Positions 41,064-50,550 of a stretch of DNA of 64,000 nt are shown here, one piece after another (position 1 is the stretch's first letter; every line of letters begins with the position of its first letter). The notes beneath the pieces are model-generated. The model did not search any database. It was not told the DNA's origin and was given only the letters and a program-made list of their open reading frames with translations. A program made the position numbers and the translations under genes. Source of the DNA: an uncultured delta proteobacterium (GTDB taxonomy: Bacteria > Desulfobacterota > Desulfuromonadia > Geobacterales > DSM-12255); NCBI GenBank assembly GCA_963787125.1, contig CAWBBV010000007.1, positions 224,001 to 288,000 of the forward strand. Direction: 5' to 3'.

Positions 41064-41446
41064 TTTAACGCAGAGCCGCAGAGGCACAGAGGAAAACAAA
41101 AATCCCAACAATGGGTTTCTATTTACTATGATTATTTGTTTATATAGTGGTTTTCACCGCGTCTCTGCGTCTTGTGTTAAATACAGGTTTTAAAAAGGTG
41201 TCAAGATGGGCGTAGAAGCTATCTGCCAAAAATTTTTATCGTTACGCCGTCCTACGAAATGGTGGCAGTAATGTCTAAAGTCATTTTAAACGCAGAGCCG
41301 CAGAGGCACAGAGGAAAACAAAAATCCCAACAATGGGTTTCTATTTACTATGATTATTTGTTTATTTAGTGGTTTTCTCCGCGTCTCTGCGTCTCTGTGT
41401 TAAATACAGGTTTTAAAAAGGTGTCAAGATGGGCGTAGAAGCTATC
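41064..41446. repeat. Two palindromic units (CGCAGAG family) within an ~160 bp direct duplication, separated by degenerate GT2 5' fragment copy 3 (from 41206)
   Basis: AACGCAGAGCCGCAGAGGCACAGAGG ... CTCCGCGTCTCTGCGTCTCTGTGTT; 41064-41224 matches 41286-41446; lone left arm at 40624-40650. Confidence 0.88.
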
Positions 41447-42391
41447 CTACCCAAAATATCTATAGTTACCCCCTCCTTCAACCAGGGTAAGTTCCTCGAA
41501 AAGACTATCCTCTCCGTGCTGGAGCAGGGATACCCCAATCTTGAATATATAATTATCGACGGCGGCAGTACGGACGAGTCGGTGGATATTATCAAAAAGT
41601 ACGCAGACCGTTTGACTTATTGGGTCAGCGAGCCGGATCGGGGCCAGAGTCACGCCATCAATAAGGGCTTTGAGCGGGCTACGGGGGAGATCTTCGGCTG
41701 GTTGAATTCGGATGACTGGTATCATCCGGGGGCGCTGCAAGCGGTGGCTGAGGCTTTTGCCGCCAATCCTGAGGCCGGGGCGGTGGTTGGGGCTGGGGAG
41801 ATGCTGTTTGAATCAACCAGAGACGTCATCCTGGTTGAACCTTTTTCAGTGAATTTAACGACTTTGTATGGTGCTGTTGACAAGTTTTTCATGCAACCTT
41901 CCTGTTTGTTTACTCACACTGCATGGCTTGAGTGTGGTCCTCTTGATGAAAATTTGCACCTTGCAATGGATCTGGATCTCTGGTTGCGGGTTGCAAAAAA
42001 ATATCGATTTGCTTTGACAGATATGAACCTTTCCACAAGTCTGGTTCATCCTTCAGCAAAAACAAAGGCATTGGCTGCGCAATCTTTAGTAGATGCATGT
42101 CTTGTTATTATGCGACATGGGGGAGTCAATGAAGGTAGAGGACGGCTGGTTAAATTCGTCGAAGAACTGTACGAAACAAGAGACAGACTGATTGCGGCTA
42201 ATGATAATATTGAATTTATAGCCAAGGAAATTGCTGAAATCAATACAGTAAAGTCTGCAAAAGAAAGCTTTGTTGAGAAGCTGCAAGAAGAGTTGGCGGC
42301 GAAAGATGCCCGTTTAACAGCCATGGAAAACTCTTTAAGTTGGAGAATTACAGATCCATTCAGAAAGATAGCGAACAAAATTATGTCCTGA
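41429..42391 (+). CDS. GT2 glycosyltransferase with C-terminal coiled coil
   Basis: [24 protein letters not shown]; tail SLSWRITDPFR. Confidence 0.9.
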   Translation: MGVEAILPKISIVTPSFNQGKFLEKTILSVLEQGYPNLEYIIIDGGSTDESVDIIKKYADRLTYWVSEPDRGQSHAINKGFERATGEIFGWLNSDDWYHPGALQAVAEAFAANPEAGAVVGAGEMLFESTRDVILVEPFSVNLTTLYGAVDKFFMQPSCLFTHTAWLECGPLDENLHLAMDLDLWLRVAKKYRFALTDMNLSTSLVHPSAKTKALAAQSLVDACLVIMRHGGVNEGRGRLVKFVEELYETRDRLIAANDNIEFIAKEIAEINTVKSAKESFVEKLQEELAAKDARLTAMENSLSWRITDPFRKIANKIMS

Positions 42392-42447
42392 CCCTGAGCT
42401 TGATTTAACGCGATGCAAAAATATCATAACTGCTTCAGTAGCTGGAT

Positions 42448-45400
42448 GTGCGAATGAAAACTATATCGATAGCTGACAATATCAACAACAAAATTAAAGT
42501 TCTTTATCTGTCCCACTCTGCTGAACTATCTGGTGGCGGAGAAATATGTCTTTTAACCCTGTTGCGGCATCTGGATAGGGAGAGCATTGAACCGATCGTG
42601 TTATTCCCGACCGATGGGCCGTTCAAGGACGCTGTCGAGCGACTGTTAATCAAAACCTATATCGTGCCGATGGAATGGTGGGTGGAGACAGAATATGGCA
42701 TCCCTTTTCAGGATGAGAGTTTTGCTGAACGTGTCGGACTCATTGGCGAGATAATTGCGCAAGAGCAACCTGACATAATTCACACAAATACATCGGTGCT
42801 CTGGGAAGGGGCTGTTGCGGCAAGAATTCATAATGTCCGTCATGTCTGGCACATCCATGAAGTCTTGGCAGGGCACCCGAGTCTTACTCCAGTATTGCCA
42901 CTTTCACTGCTATACTTTGTTATTGAGACATTTACAGACAGAGTTGTTGCTGTGTCTGATACGGAAAAACGTGAGCTGACCAGATATATTTCCCCGGACA
43001 AAATTACTACAATTCATAACGGGGTTGAAGCGCGGCAATTTTCTCCGGAAACTGGAATTTCTCTCAGGGAAGAGTTGGGTATAGCTGCTGGAGATGCAAT
43101 CGCTCTGACTTTAGCTTCACTTGCCAGGTTCAAAGGGATTGACACACTGCTCGATGCGGCACTGCTTGTAAAAGAGAATAACGATAAGATCAGATTTGTT
43201 CTTGCCGGCAGCGGGACAGATGATGCTATTGAAGCACTGAACAAAAAGATTGCCCGGCTTGGTTTGGTGGATGTTATCCACTACCTCGGTTTTCGCAGTG
43301 ATGTCGAACATCTCCTGGCGGCAGCAAATTTTCTGGTGGTTTCCTCCATTAACGAATCCTTTTCACTGGTAACAGCAGAGGCGATGGCCGCTGGTAAGAC
43401 GGTCATAACAACGGATTGCGGTGGCCCTGCTGAACTGGTTATTGATGGTGAAACCGGATTTATTGTGCCTGTAGGTGATGCTTCGTTATTGCGAGAGAAA
43501 ATGCTTCAACTGACAGCAGATGAGCAGATGATGAAGACTATGGGCAATAACGGGCGTAAGCGGTTTATGGAATGTTTTACGGCTGACATTTATGCAGAGA
43601 AGTTCCTGCTTTTATATAAAGAAATTAGTCGTTTTCCTGGGCTGCCTACGCTAACTGGTAGCGAAAGCAGGTTGATTCAGGACGCGGCTTCTTTTTACCA
43701 GAACCATCTGGAAAAGATGAAGAAACTTCTTGCCCAAGAGAGGATAATCGCAGAAAAAAATTATCAGATCGCAGAGCGAAACCAACAGATCGAACTAAGA
43801 GATAATGAAATAAAATATCAAATAGAAGTCGGAAAGCAGAATGTTGCAGGGCTTGAGTATCGTCTGAATCAGCAGCTTGCCGAGCTGGAGTATCGTCTGA
43901 AACAGCAGCTTGTAGAGTTGGAACATCAACTGGCTTCGCGTGATTTAGAGATTCAAAATCTTGACGCACAACTCCAGCAGCGGGAGGAGCTGTTAGGGCA
44001 CAAAACACAGCAGTTGCGGCATAAGGATGAACTGCTGAACGCCACCTATGATTCCCTTTCCTGGCGGGTTACCAAGCCGCTCCGCAAGTCGCATGCCTTT
44101 ATTATGAGGTCGCTGATCTCTCTTGAAGGAGGAAAGCGCCAAGCTCCTTCAGTACAGATGCTGCCAGAGAAAGAACTGCTTATCCATGAACAGTTGCTCG
44201 GTGAACTGCGGACCGGTAAAGGCTCGACATTTGATGTCATCGTCTTTCCGGTTATCGACTGGCATTTTCGTATCCAGCGTCCCCAGCATCTAGCCATGAG
44301 TCTGGCGCGGGAGGGTCACCGCACTTTCTATCTGACAATAGATTTTATTGTGAGCGGTGAGCCGGGGTTTCAGCTTGTCGAGAACCCGGCTGAAAATGTG
44401 TTTATAGTGAGACTCGTCTGTTCGGCTCATCGCTCGCTCAATGTCTATCAGGACGTTATCGGCAAGGAGCAGCGCCAGTCGCTCGTGGCCTCGCTTCTGT
44501 CGTTATTCGATAGTTGTGGAGTGACAGATCTGGTTTCGATTATAGATTTACCTTTCTGGCAATCGGTGGCGACAGCACTTCCCGGCAATCTGGTAGTCTA
44601 TGACTGTATGGATCATCATGCCGGTTTTGCCACCAACTCCAATCGCATGCTCCGGGAGGAGCAGCAGCTTCTGGCCGGTGCCGATCTGGTTATTACAACA
44701 TCAGAGCGGTTGTCTCAGATTGTCGCCAAGAAGGCGGCGAATATTATCATCCGCAACGGCGCCGAGGTTGACTTTTTCTCCAAACGACCGCAAGAGCTGC
44801 AAATTTCGCAGGGGAAGCCGGTAGTCGGCTATTACGGAGCAATTGCAGAATGGTTCGATATTGATTTGGTCATCGCAGCTGCCAGGGCCTGTCCGGACTG
44901 GGAGTTCGTTCTGATTGGCTCCACTGCCGGTTGTGAAACCCGCGAAGCTCGTAACCTTGCCAATATCACCTTTATCGGTGAAGTTCCCTATGGAAGTCTG
45001 CCGGGCTACCTGTACGCCTTCGATGTCTGCATGATTCCTTTCAAGGTTATCGAGCTGACACTCTGTACCAATCCGGTGAAGGTGTACGAGTACCTGAGTG
45101 CCGGCAAGCCGGTGGTATCGACTGCACTGCCGGAAGTTCAACTCATGGGCGATGTGGTTCACTGTGCTTCATCCACGCCCCAGTTTATCACTGCGCTGCA
45201 GGTTGCCATGCTGGAGAGCAGCGACACAGAGCTTGCCCGTCGCCGGGCAACCTGGGCTCAGCAGCATGATTGGCGTGAGCGGGCGCGGCAGTTGACCCAG
45301 ACGCTGCATGGGCTTTTTCCGAAAGTGAGTGTGGTGGTTCTTACCTACAATAACCTGGACCTGACCAAAGAGTGTCTCGCCAGCCTGCTGACAGAATCCG

Positions 45401-46080
45401 TTTATCCGGAGTGGGAGCTGATCATTGTTGACAACGCCTCCAGCGACGGCTCGCGGGAGTATCTGACGGAGTTTGCGCAACTGCATCCCCAGACTAAATT
45501 GATCCTCAATGATAAAAATCTCGGCTTTGCCGCGGGTAATAATGTGGGTCTCAAGGTTGCCACCGGGGATTATCTGGTCATCCTCAACAACGATACCAGG
45601 GTGACGCCGGGGTGGATGACCGATCTTGTCCGTCATCTGCGCCGGAATGAGCATCTGGGTCTGGTCGGGCCGGTGACTAACAGCATCGGTAACGAGGCGC
45701 AGATTGCCATTGTCTACCACAAAATAGAGGAGATGCGGACAAAGGCGGCGGAATATACCTCCAGTCACGCACGCAAGCGAATTGATGTCGAGACCGTAGC
45801 TTTCTTTTGTGTGGCCATGCGCCGTTCCACCTGGGAAAAGGTTGGGCCGCTTGATGAGGCGTTCACGGTAGGCTTTTTCGAGGATGACGATTACTGCCGG
45901 CGGGTTGCGCAGGCGGGGCTGAAGGTCGCCATTGCCGAGGATGTCTTTGTCCATCACCAGCATTCGGCTTCATTCAATATTCTGCCGCCGGAAGAAAAAC
46001 AGGCAATCTTTGAGCGCAACAAGCAGGTCTTCGAAGCAAAGTGGGGGAAGTGGATTCCTCATGCCTACCGCAGTAAATGA
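42448..46080 (+). CDS. Multidomain glycosyltransferase (GT4, coiled coil, GT-B, GT2)
   Basis: ESFSLVTAEAMAAG; Q/E/L-rich coil; QRPQHLA..NPVKVYEYLSAGKPVV; VVLTYNN..VDNASSD..LNND. Confidence 0.9.
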   Translation: MRMKTISIADNINNKIKVLYLSHSAELSGGGEICLLTLLRHLDRESIEPIVLFPTDGPFKDAVERLLIKTYIVPMEWWVETEYGIPFQDESFAERVGLIGEIIAQEQPDIIHTNTSVLWEGAVAARIHNVRHVWHIHEVLAGHPSLTPVLPLSLLYFVIETFTDRVVAVSDTEKRELTRYISPDKITTIHNGVEARQFSPETGISLREELGIAAGDAIALTLASLARFKGIDTLLDAALLVKENNDKIRFVLAGSGTDDAIEALNKKIARLGLVDVIHYLGFRSDVEHLLAAANFLVVSSINESFSLVTAEAMAAGKTVITTDCGGPAELVIDGETGFIVPVGDASLLREKMLQLTADEQMMKTMGNNGRKRFMECFTADIYAEKFLLLYKEISRFPGLPTLTGSESRLIQDAASFYQNHLEKMKKLLAQERIIAEKNYQIAERNQQIELRDNEIKYQIEVGKQNVAGLEYRLNQQLAELEYRLKQQLVELEHQLASRDLEIQNLDAQLQQREELLGHKTQQLRHKDELLNATYDSLSWRVTKPLRKSHAFIMRSLISLEGGKRQAPSVQMLPEKELLIHEQLLGELRTGKGSTFDVIVFPVIDWHFRIQRPQHLAMSLAREGHRTFYLTIDFIVSGEPGFQLVENPAENVFIVRLVCSAHRSLNVYQDVIGKEQRQSLVASLLSLFDSCGVTDLVSIIDLPFWQSVATALPGNLVVYDCMDHHAGFATNSNRMLREEQQLLAGADLVITTSERLSQIVAKKAANIIIRNGAEVDFFSKRPQELQISQGKPVVGYYGAIAEWFDIDLVIAAARACPDWEFVLIGSTAGCETREARNLANITFIGEVPYGSLPGYLYAFDVCMIPFKVIELTLCTNPVKVYEYLSAGKPVVSTALPEVQLMGDVVHCASSTPQFITALQVAMLESSDTELARRRATWAQQHDWRERARQLTQTLHGLFPKVSVVVLTYNNLDLTKECLASLLTESVYPEWELIIVDNASSDGSREYLTEFAQLHPQTKLILNDKNLGFAAGNNVGLKVATGDYLVILNNDTRVTPGWMTDLVRHLRRNEHLGLVGPVTNSIGNEAQIAIVYHKIEEMRTKAAEYTSSHARKRIDVETVAFFCVAMRRSTWEKVGPLDEAFTVGFFEDDDYCRRVAQAGLKVAIAEDVFVHHQHSASFNILPPEEKQAIFERNKQVFEAKWGKWIPHAYRSK

Positions 46081-46098
46081 CCAGTTATTTACAGATTC

Positions 46099-46944
46099 AT
46101 GCACATTCTTAAACTATTCGGGAGCAGTATGTGGCCATTTGGGCAGTTATCTAGTAACCGCCGGCAAGAGTCGCTGTATCAGCGGATACAGAATCTGCCC
46201 GGATGGTTTAAGTGGACGGAGCGCCGCGCGCGCTATCGTGAGATTGTCTCCGGCGCTGAACCGTATCATGGCAGACCACACACGGTAATCCTCGATCTCA
46301 CCTCACGCTGCAACCTGCGCTGCGCCATGTGTTTTCAGTCTCTCCACGCCAAAGGCAGCTTTGTCACAAGTGATCTCAGTGACGACTGCCTGGAGCATTC
46401 ACTCAGCTTTACAGCATCTGCGTCGCAGGTTAATCTTTTCGGCACGGGCGAGCCGTTTCTGGCGAAAAAACTGGAAGAGGTAGTCACGACTCTCCATTCG
46501 AGTGTAGACGAGATCGTGATCAGCACGAACGGCACGATTTACAATGAGAGGATTACCCGCTCACTAGGCAAGGTGACCCGTTTGATTTTCAGTATCGACA
46601 GTGCTGACGCGGAGCAATTCGAGCGGATCAGGGTTGGTGCACGGTTCGAAAATGTCTTGGATAATATTCAGGTCATCAGGCGAGACTTCCCGAAACTTTA
46701 TCTTTCGTTCGCGGTGACTGTTGCCCGTTACAATCTGCAGGAATGCGCCGCAATTATGGAGTTAGCTGCTTCTTTGGGGGTGAATCACATCCAGTATCAT
46801 AGAATGAGTGCCATCGGTGAGGCGATGCAGCAGGAGGAGTTGAACGGCAGTGATGCCCTTGTCGTTGCCGATGTTTACCGTGAATTGAGTGCCATGGCAG
46901 AGCGCACGGGCGTTACTTTTAGCTGGGGTGTCATATGCCGATGA
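46099..46944 (+). CDS. Radical SAM core protein
   Basis: CNLRCAMC, GTGEPF, STNG, SIDS. Confidence 0.87.
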   Translation: MHILKLFGSSMWPFGQLSSNRRQESLYQRIQNLPGWFKWTERRARYREIVSGAEPYHGRPHTVILDLTSRCNLRCAMCFQSLHAKGSFVTSDLSDDCLEHSLSFTASASQVNLFGTGEPFLAKKLEEVVTTLHSSVDEIVISTNGTIYNERITRSLGKVTRLIFSIDSADAEQFERIRVGARFENVLDNIQVIRRDFPKLYLSFAVTVARYNLQECAAIMELAASLGVNHIQYHRMSAIGEAMQQEELNGSDALVVADVYRELSAMAERTGVTFSWGVICR

Positions 46945-48149
46945 GGAATGTTGATTGGAGTTTGCTCGGGGTTAAACTGCCCTACTGTCTGGCTCCCTGG
47001 ATGGTTGCCTACATCCAGTCTGACGGTCTGGTTCGGCCCTGTTGCATCCATCCTCCAACACTGGGCAATACGAATGTCAATACTATGGAGGAGATCTGGA
47101 ACGCACCCTCTTTTGCCGGATTGCGACAGTCTATGCTTGGTCGGGCACCTCTACCAGAAATATGTACAACATGCAATGATGGCTTGCGCTATGTAAATGT
47201 GGATGAATATGTATTATTCCAGATGGAGGAGATGTGTGCACGAAATGAATCCGATAAGGTTCTGCGGCTATTTGAAACTCTGGCACAGCAAAATGTTCTC
47301 ATAGAAGGTGCTATTCCGATTATTGCCCTGCTGTTGGAGGACATGAGATCTAACGGCGAACTCTTAGAGGCTTTGAGATTCTTTGAATCTCTGGTGAAGC
47401 ATAAAGTGCTGCTTATCGAAGCCATGCCTATAATTGCTCTTCTCTTGGAAGATTTGAGCGCAACCGGTGAAATTCATAAGGTTTTGCGATTGTTTGAATC
47501 TCTGGTGCAGCATAATGTTGTAATTGTAGAAGCTTTTCCGCTTATAAGTAAGTTGCTGGAACAGATGTATGCTCAAGGTGAAGCAGAAGAGGCCAGGCGG
47601 CTGTTCACTAATCTGGTGCAGCATAATGTAGTGATCGTTGAAGCTTTTCCTCTTATCAGCAGGTTGTTAAAGAAGATGTGTGCTGAGGGTGAAATCGAAG
47701 AGGCCAAACGCCTGTTCACTGATCTGGTGCTGAATAAAGTGATCATCTTTAAAGCGGTACGGTTTATGGCGCCACTTTTTGGCACCCATTATTTTTATTG
47801 GTGCTCGTTTATTCCTCCTCAAAGAGCTTTACTCTGGAAGGTTTGGTATGTTGGCTATCTTGTCCAACTATTTTTTGCCGGGGAAAGGTTGCAGGGGGCG
47901 CCGTTCAGCTTCGATCCCATGTTTTGGTGGCATGTTTCCGGAAAGTTTCCCGAAGTCGCTGATAGACTTAAAAAACTGGTCGGGATCTGTTACTCTTCTG
48001 AAGAAGAATTGTTTCAAGCAGTTGGGCATTGCATTGGTGCTGAACTAACGGAAGAGTGCCGACCGTTGCTCGAAGCCGAGCTGGTAATGATTCGTGACCC
48101 GCGAAGACTGGGGAGAGAGTTGTTGCGGCGTCTGGTGACGCGGCAATAA
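46935..48149 (+). CDS. SPASM/twitch domain followed by five 37-aa helical repeats
   Basis: CLAPW..DGLVRPCC..LGN..EEIWN..CTTC, then repeats such as LLEQMYAQGEAEEARRLFTNLVQHNVVIVEAFPLISR. Confidence 0.75.
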   Translation: MPMRNVDWSLLGVKLPYCLAPWMVAYIQSDGLVRPCCIHPPTLGNTNVNTMEEIWNAPSFAGLRQSMLGRAPLPEICTTCNDGLRYVNVDEYVLFQMEEMCARNESDKVLRLFETLAQQNVLIEGAIPIIALLLEDMRSNGELLEALRFFESLVKHKVLLIEAMPIIALLLEDLSATGEIHKVLRLFESLVQHNVVIVEAFPLISKLLEQMYAQGEAEEARRLFTNLVQHNVVIVEAFPLISRLLKKMCAEGEIEEAKRLFTDLVLNKVIIFKAVRFMAPLFGTHYFYWCSFIPPQRALLWKVWYVGYLVQLFFAGERLQGAPFSFDPMFWWHVSGKFPEVADRLKKLVGICYSSEEELFQAVGHCIGAELTEECRPLLEAELVMIRDPRRLGRELLRRLVTRQ

Positions 48150-48188
48150 TAGTCTGAAGCGATAGGCTGAATTACTTCAAGAGGGTAC

Positions 48189-48949
48189 ATGGAGCTGTCA
48201 TTATTATTCAAATTTATTAGAAATATGAAATGGCATTGTCTCGGAAAATGTACGGTCTGTGGTAGACGCAGCTTATTTCTGTGTCTGTATGATCAGGTTG
48301 ATGCCCAAAACCAGATGAGCTGTATTTTCTGTCATAGCTCTTCACGAAAAAGGCACGTGGCAAAAATTATCAGAGATATTTTTTGTTTCAATGCACCATT
48401 CAAACATATCACCAGTACCGGCATATCCATTTATAACACCGAAAGGAAAACATTTTCAGTCACTATCATGCAGGCTATGAAGGCTATCACTGTTCGAGTT
48501 ATTGGCCGGATGTTTTGCCGGGCAAGGAAATCAGTAAGAATGTATCCTGTCAGGACTTGCAGCAGTTCAGCTTCCCGGACGAAAAATTTGATTTGGTAAT
48601 CACAGAGGATGTTCTTGAGCATGTACGGGATGATGCGGCTGCTTTCGGGGAGATTTACCGGGTACTTAAACCGGGCGGGCGGCATGTGTTTACAATTCCT
48701 TTCCTGTTGGACATGCCAACGTTAACCAGGATCGATACTTCAACGCATGAAGACCTGATGCTGTTGCCGCCCGAATGCCATGGGGATTCTCTTCGGGGGC
48801 AGATTATCACCTATAGAACCTATGGGAACGATCTTTTCGCAGAACTGGAAAAGGTCGGGTTCAACACCAGCATGTTCATATCCCGCTATGAAGATCTCAG
48901 TTATGGCATCGTCGACAGTTATGTATTTGTATCGATTAAAGAAAGGTGA
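48189..48949 (+). pseudogene. Class I methyltransferase with N-terminal CxxC/CxxC, frameshifted near 48445
   Basis: CTVCG..CIFC in one frame continues in another frame as ..YHCSSYWPD..QDLQQFSFPDEKFDLVITEDVLEHV; may be a sequencing indel. Confidence 0.75.
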
Positions 48950-48955
48950 AATTAT

Positions 48956-50449
48956 ATGGATAAGTTAAAAAGTAACTGTATGTCAGAATTCAACCTTTCT
49001 ACCGATACGACCTTTGTCATACGGAATATATCCCGGATTCACTCCCTAAAGAGCTTGGTCAGTGCCTTACTCCATCCGCGAGCGTTGCTAAATAGACTGT
49101 TAGCCTCTAGAAGTATGTCTCCCTGGATTGAAACTGTTCATACTACTCCTTCGCGCTTAGGACTGGTTTTGTTGGCAGGAAATGAGTCTGTTTTTCCGAA
49201 TGTAAAAGTTGGTGAAAATTACAGGCTGTTCATCTGTTTTGGGAGTGGACTGCCAGAAATCAGCAAAGATGGTCTCGGGGTAATTATCAAGTTCTTGGAA
49301 ATTAATAAAGAACCGCGAGCCATTTGGTCGTACCATCTTCCGTCAGCAACAGTTGGCGCAACATTCCTCGAGTTAGAAATTGATATCGGATTCTTATGTA
49401 ATTGTGTCGGCAGGTTCTCAGTAGAATGCAACCCTGGTCCGGAGTCAGATCCGAGGGCTGATTGGTTGGCAGTATACGAACTGGTGGGTTGTCATTCAAA
49501 GAGAGTTAGTCTAATGCGGGCTCGAGCATTTCAAGATATCAGGATAAAAAATGAGCTGGCTCATTTTGAACATGTCTACAGTCACGATATGTATAAATCT
49601 GATACCAAGCCTGAAATAGCGCTCCCAAAGTTAAATCCGTATAATTTCGCTCACGAGCTCATGAGAAAAGGGGTAGCGAAAAATCCGCCTGATTTTCACA
49701 AAAGATTTGCCGAAAAAGCAGTAGGTGCAAACTTCCAGGTATTGTCGTTATGTTGCGGTGCCGCCAGATTCGAAGCATCTTTTGCACAGACTACTACAGC
49801 AGCAATCGAAATTACTCTTTTTGATCTGAATGAAAAGCTGCTTGTTGATGCGAAATCTAAATTTCCTGGGAATTGCACGGTCGAAACGGTATGCGGCAAT
49901 ATTAATGACATATCAGGTTGGGGTAAAAAGTATGACGTGATCATCTGCATATCTGCGCTTCATCATGTTGTTGAACTGGAGAAACTGTTTTGCTTTATCG
50001 ACAGTGCGTTAAAGCCGGAGGGTGAATTCTGGGTGATAGGAGAATATATCGGCAAGAATGGTAACAGGTTATGGCCGGAGGCATATACTGTCGCCAACAA
50101 TTACTTTAAGTCGCTGCCGGAAAAATATCGAATCAATCATTGTGCTTATGGTACCCCTCAGGTTGATAGTGAACTTCCAAATGTAGATTGTTCTATTAAA
50201 ACATTTGAGGGGATCCGCAGCCAGGATATCGAAGGATGCTTGTCTGATTATTTCGAAGAAGTATATTCATTAAAAGAAGACTGCTTTTTATGGAGATTAT
50301 TCGATCTTTCATACTACGAAAATTTTACAGAAGACAATGAGGACGTCAAAAACTATATTCGTGAAGCTGTCTCATTGGAACTGCAATTTTATAATGCTGG
50401 CGGGAAGCCTACTACCCTGAACGGTATATACAAAGCAAAAAGGCGGTAG
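48956..50449 (+). CDS. Protein with a C-terminal class I SAM-dependent methyltransferase domain
   Basis: VLSLCCGAA, YDVIICISALHHV, LKPEG, FEGIRSQDI. Confidence 0.78.
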   Translation: MDKLKSNCMSEFNLSTDTTFVIRNISRIHSLKSLVSALLHPRALLNRLLASRSMSPWIETVHTTPSRLGLVLLAGNESVFPNVKVGENYRLFICFGSGLPEISKDGLGVIIKFLEINKEPRAIWSYHLPSATVGATFLELEIDIGFLCNCVGRFSVECNPGPESDPRADWLAVYELVGCHSKRVSLMRARAFQDIRIKNELAHFEHVYSHDMYKSDTKPEIALPKLNPYNFAHELMRKGVAKNPPDFHKRFAEKAVGANFQVLSLCCGAARFEASFAQTTTAAIEITLFDLNEKLLVDAKSKFPGNCTVETVCGNINDISGWGKKYDVIICISALHHVVELEKLFCFIDSALKPEGEFWVIGEYIGKNGNRLWPEAYTVANNYFKSLPEKYRINHCAYGTPQVDSELPNVDCSIKTFEGIRSQDIEGCLSDYFEEVYSLKEDCFLWRLFDLSYYENFTEDNEDVKNYIREAVSLELQFYNAGGKPTTLNGIYKAKRR

Positions 50450-50550
50450 GCGAAGTTGTCAGTCTTGCCAATTGTAGTTCTGGATGTTTGAATCCCGAAA
50501 CCTCAGGTAGAAACAAACCCTGGTTAAGAGATCATGAAGACACTTTATAA

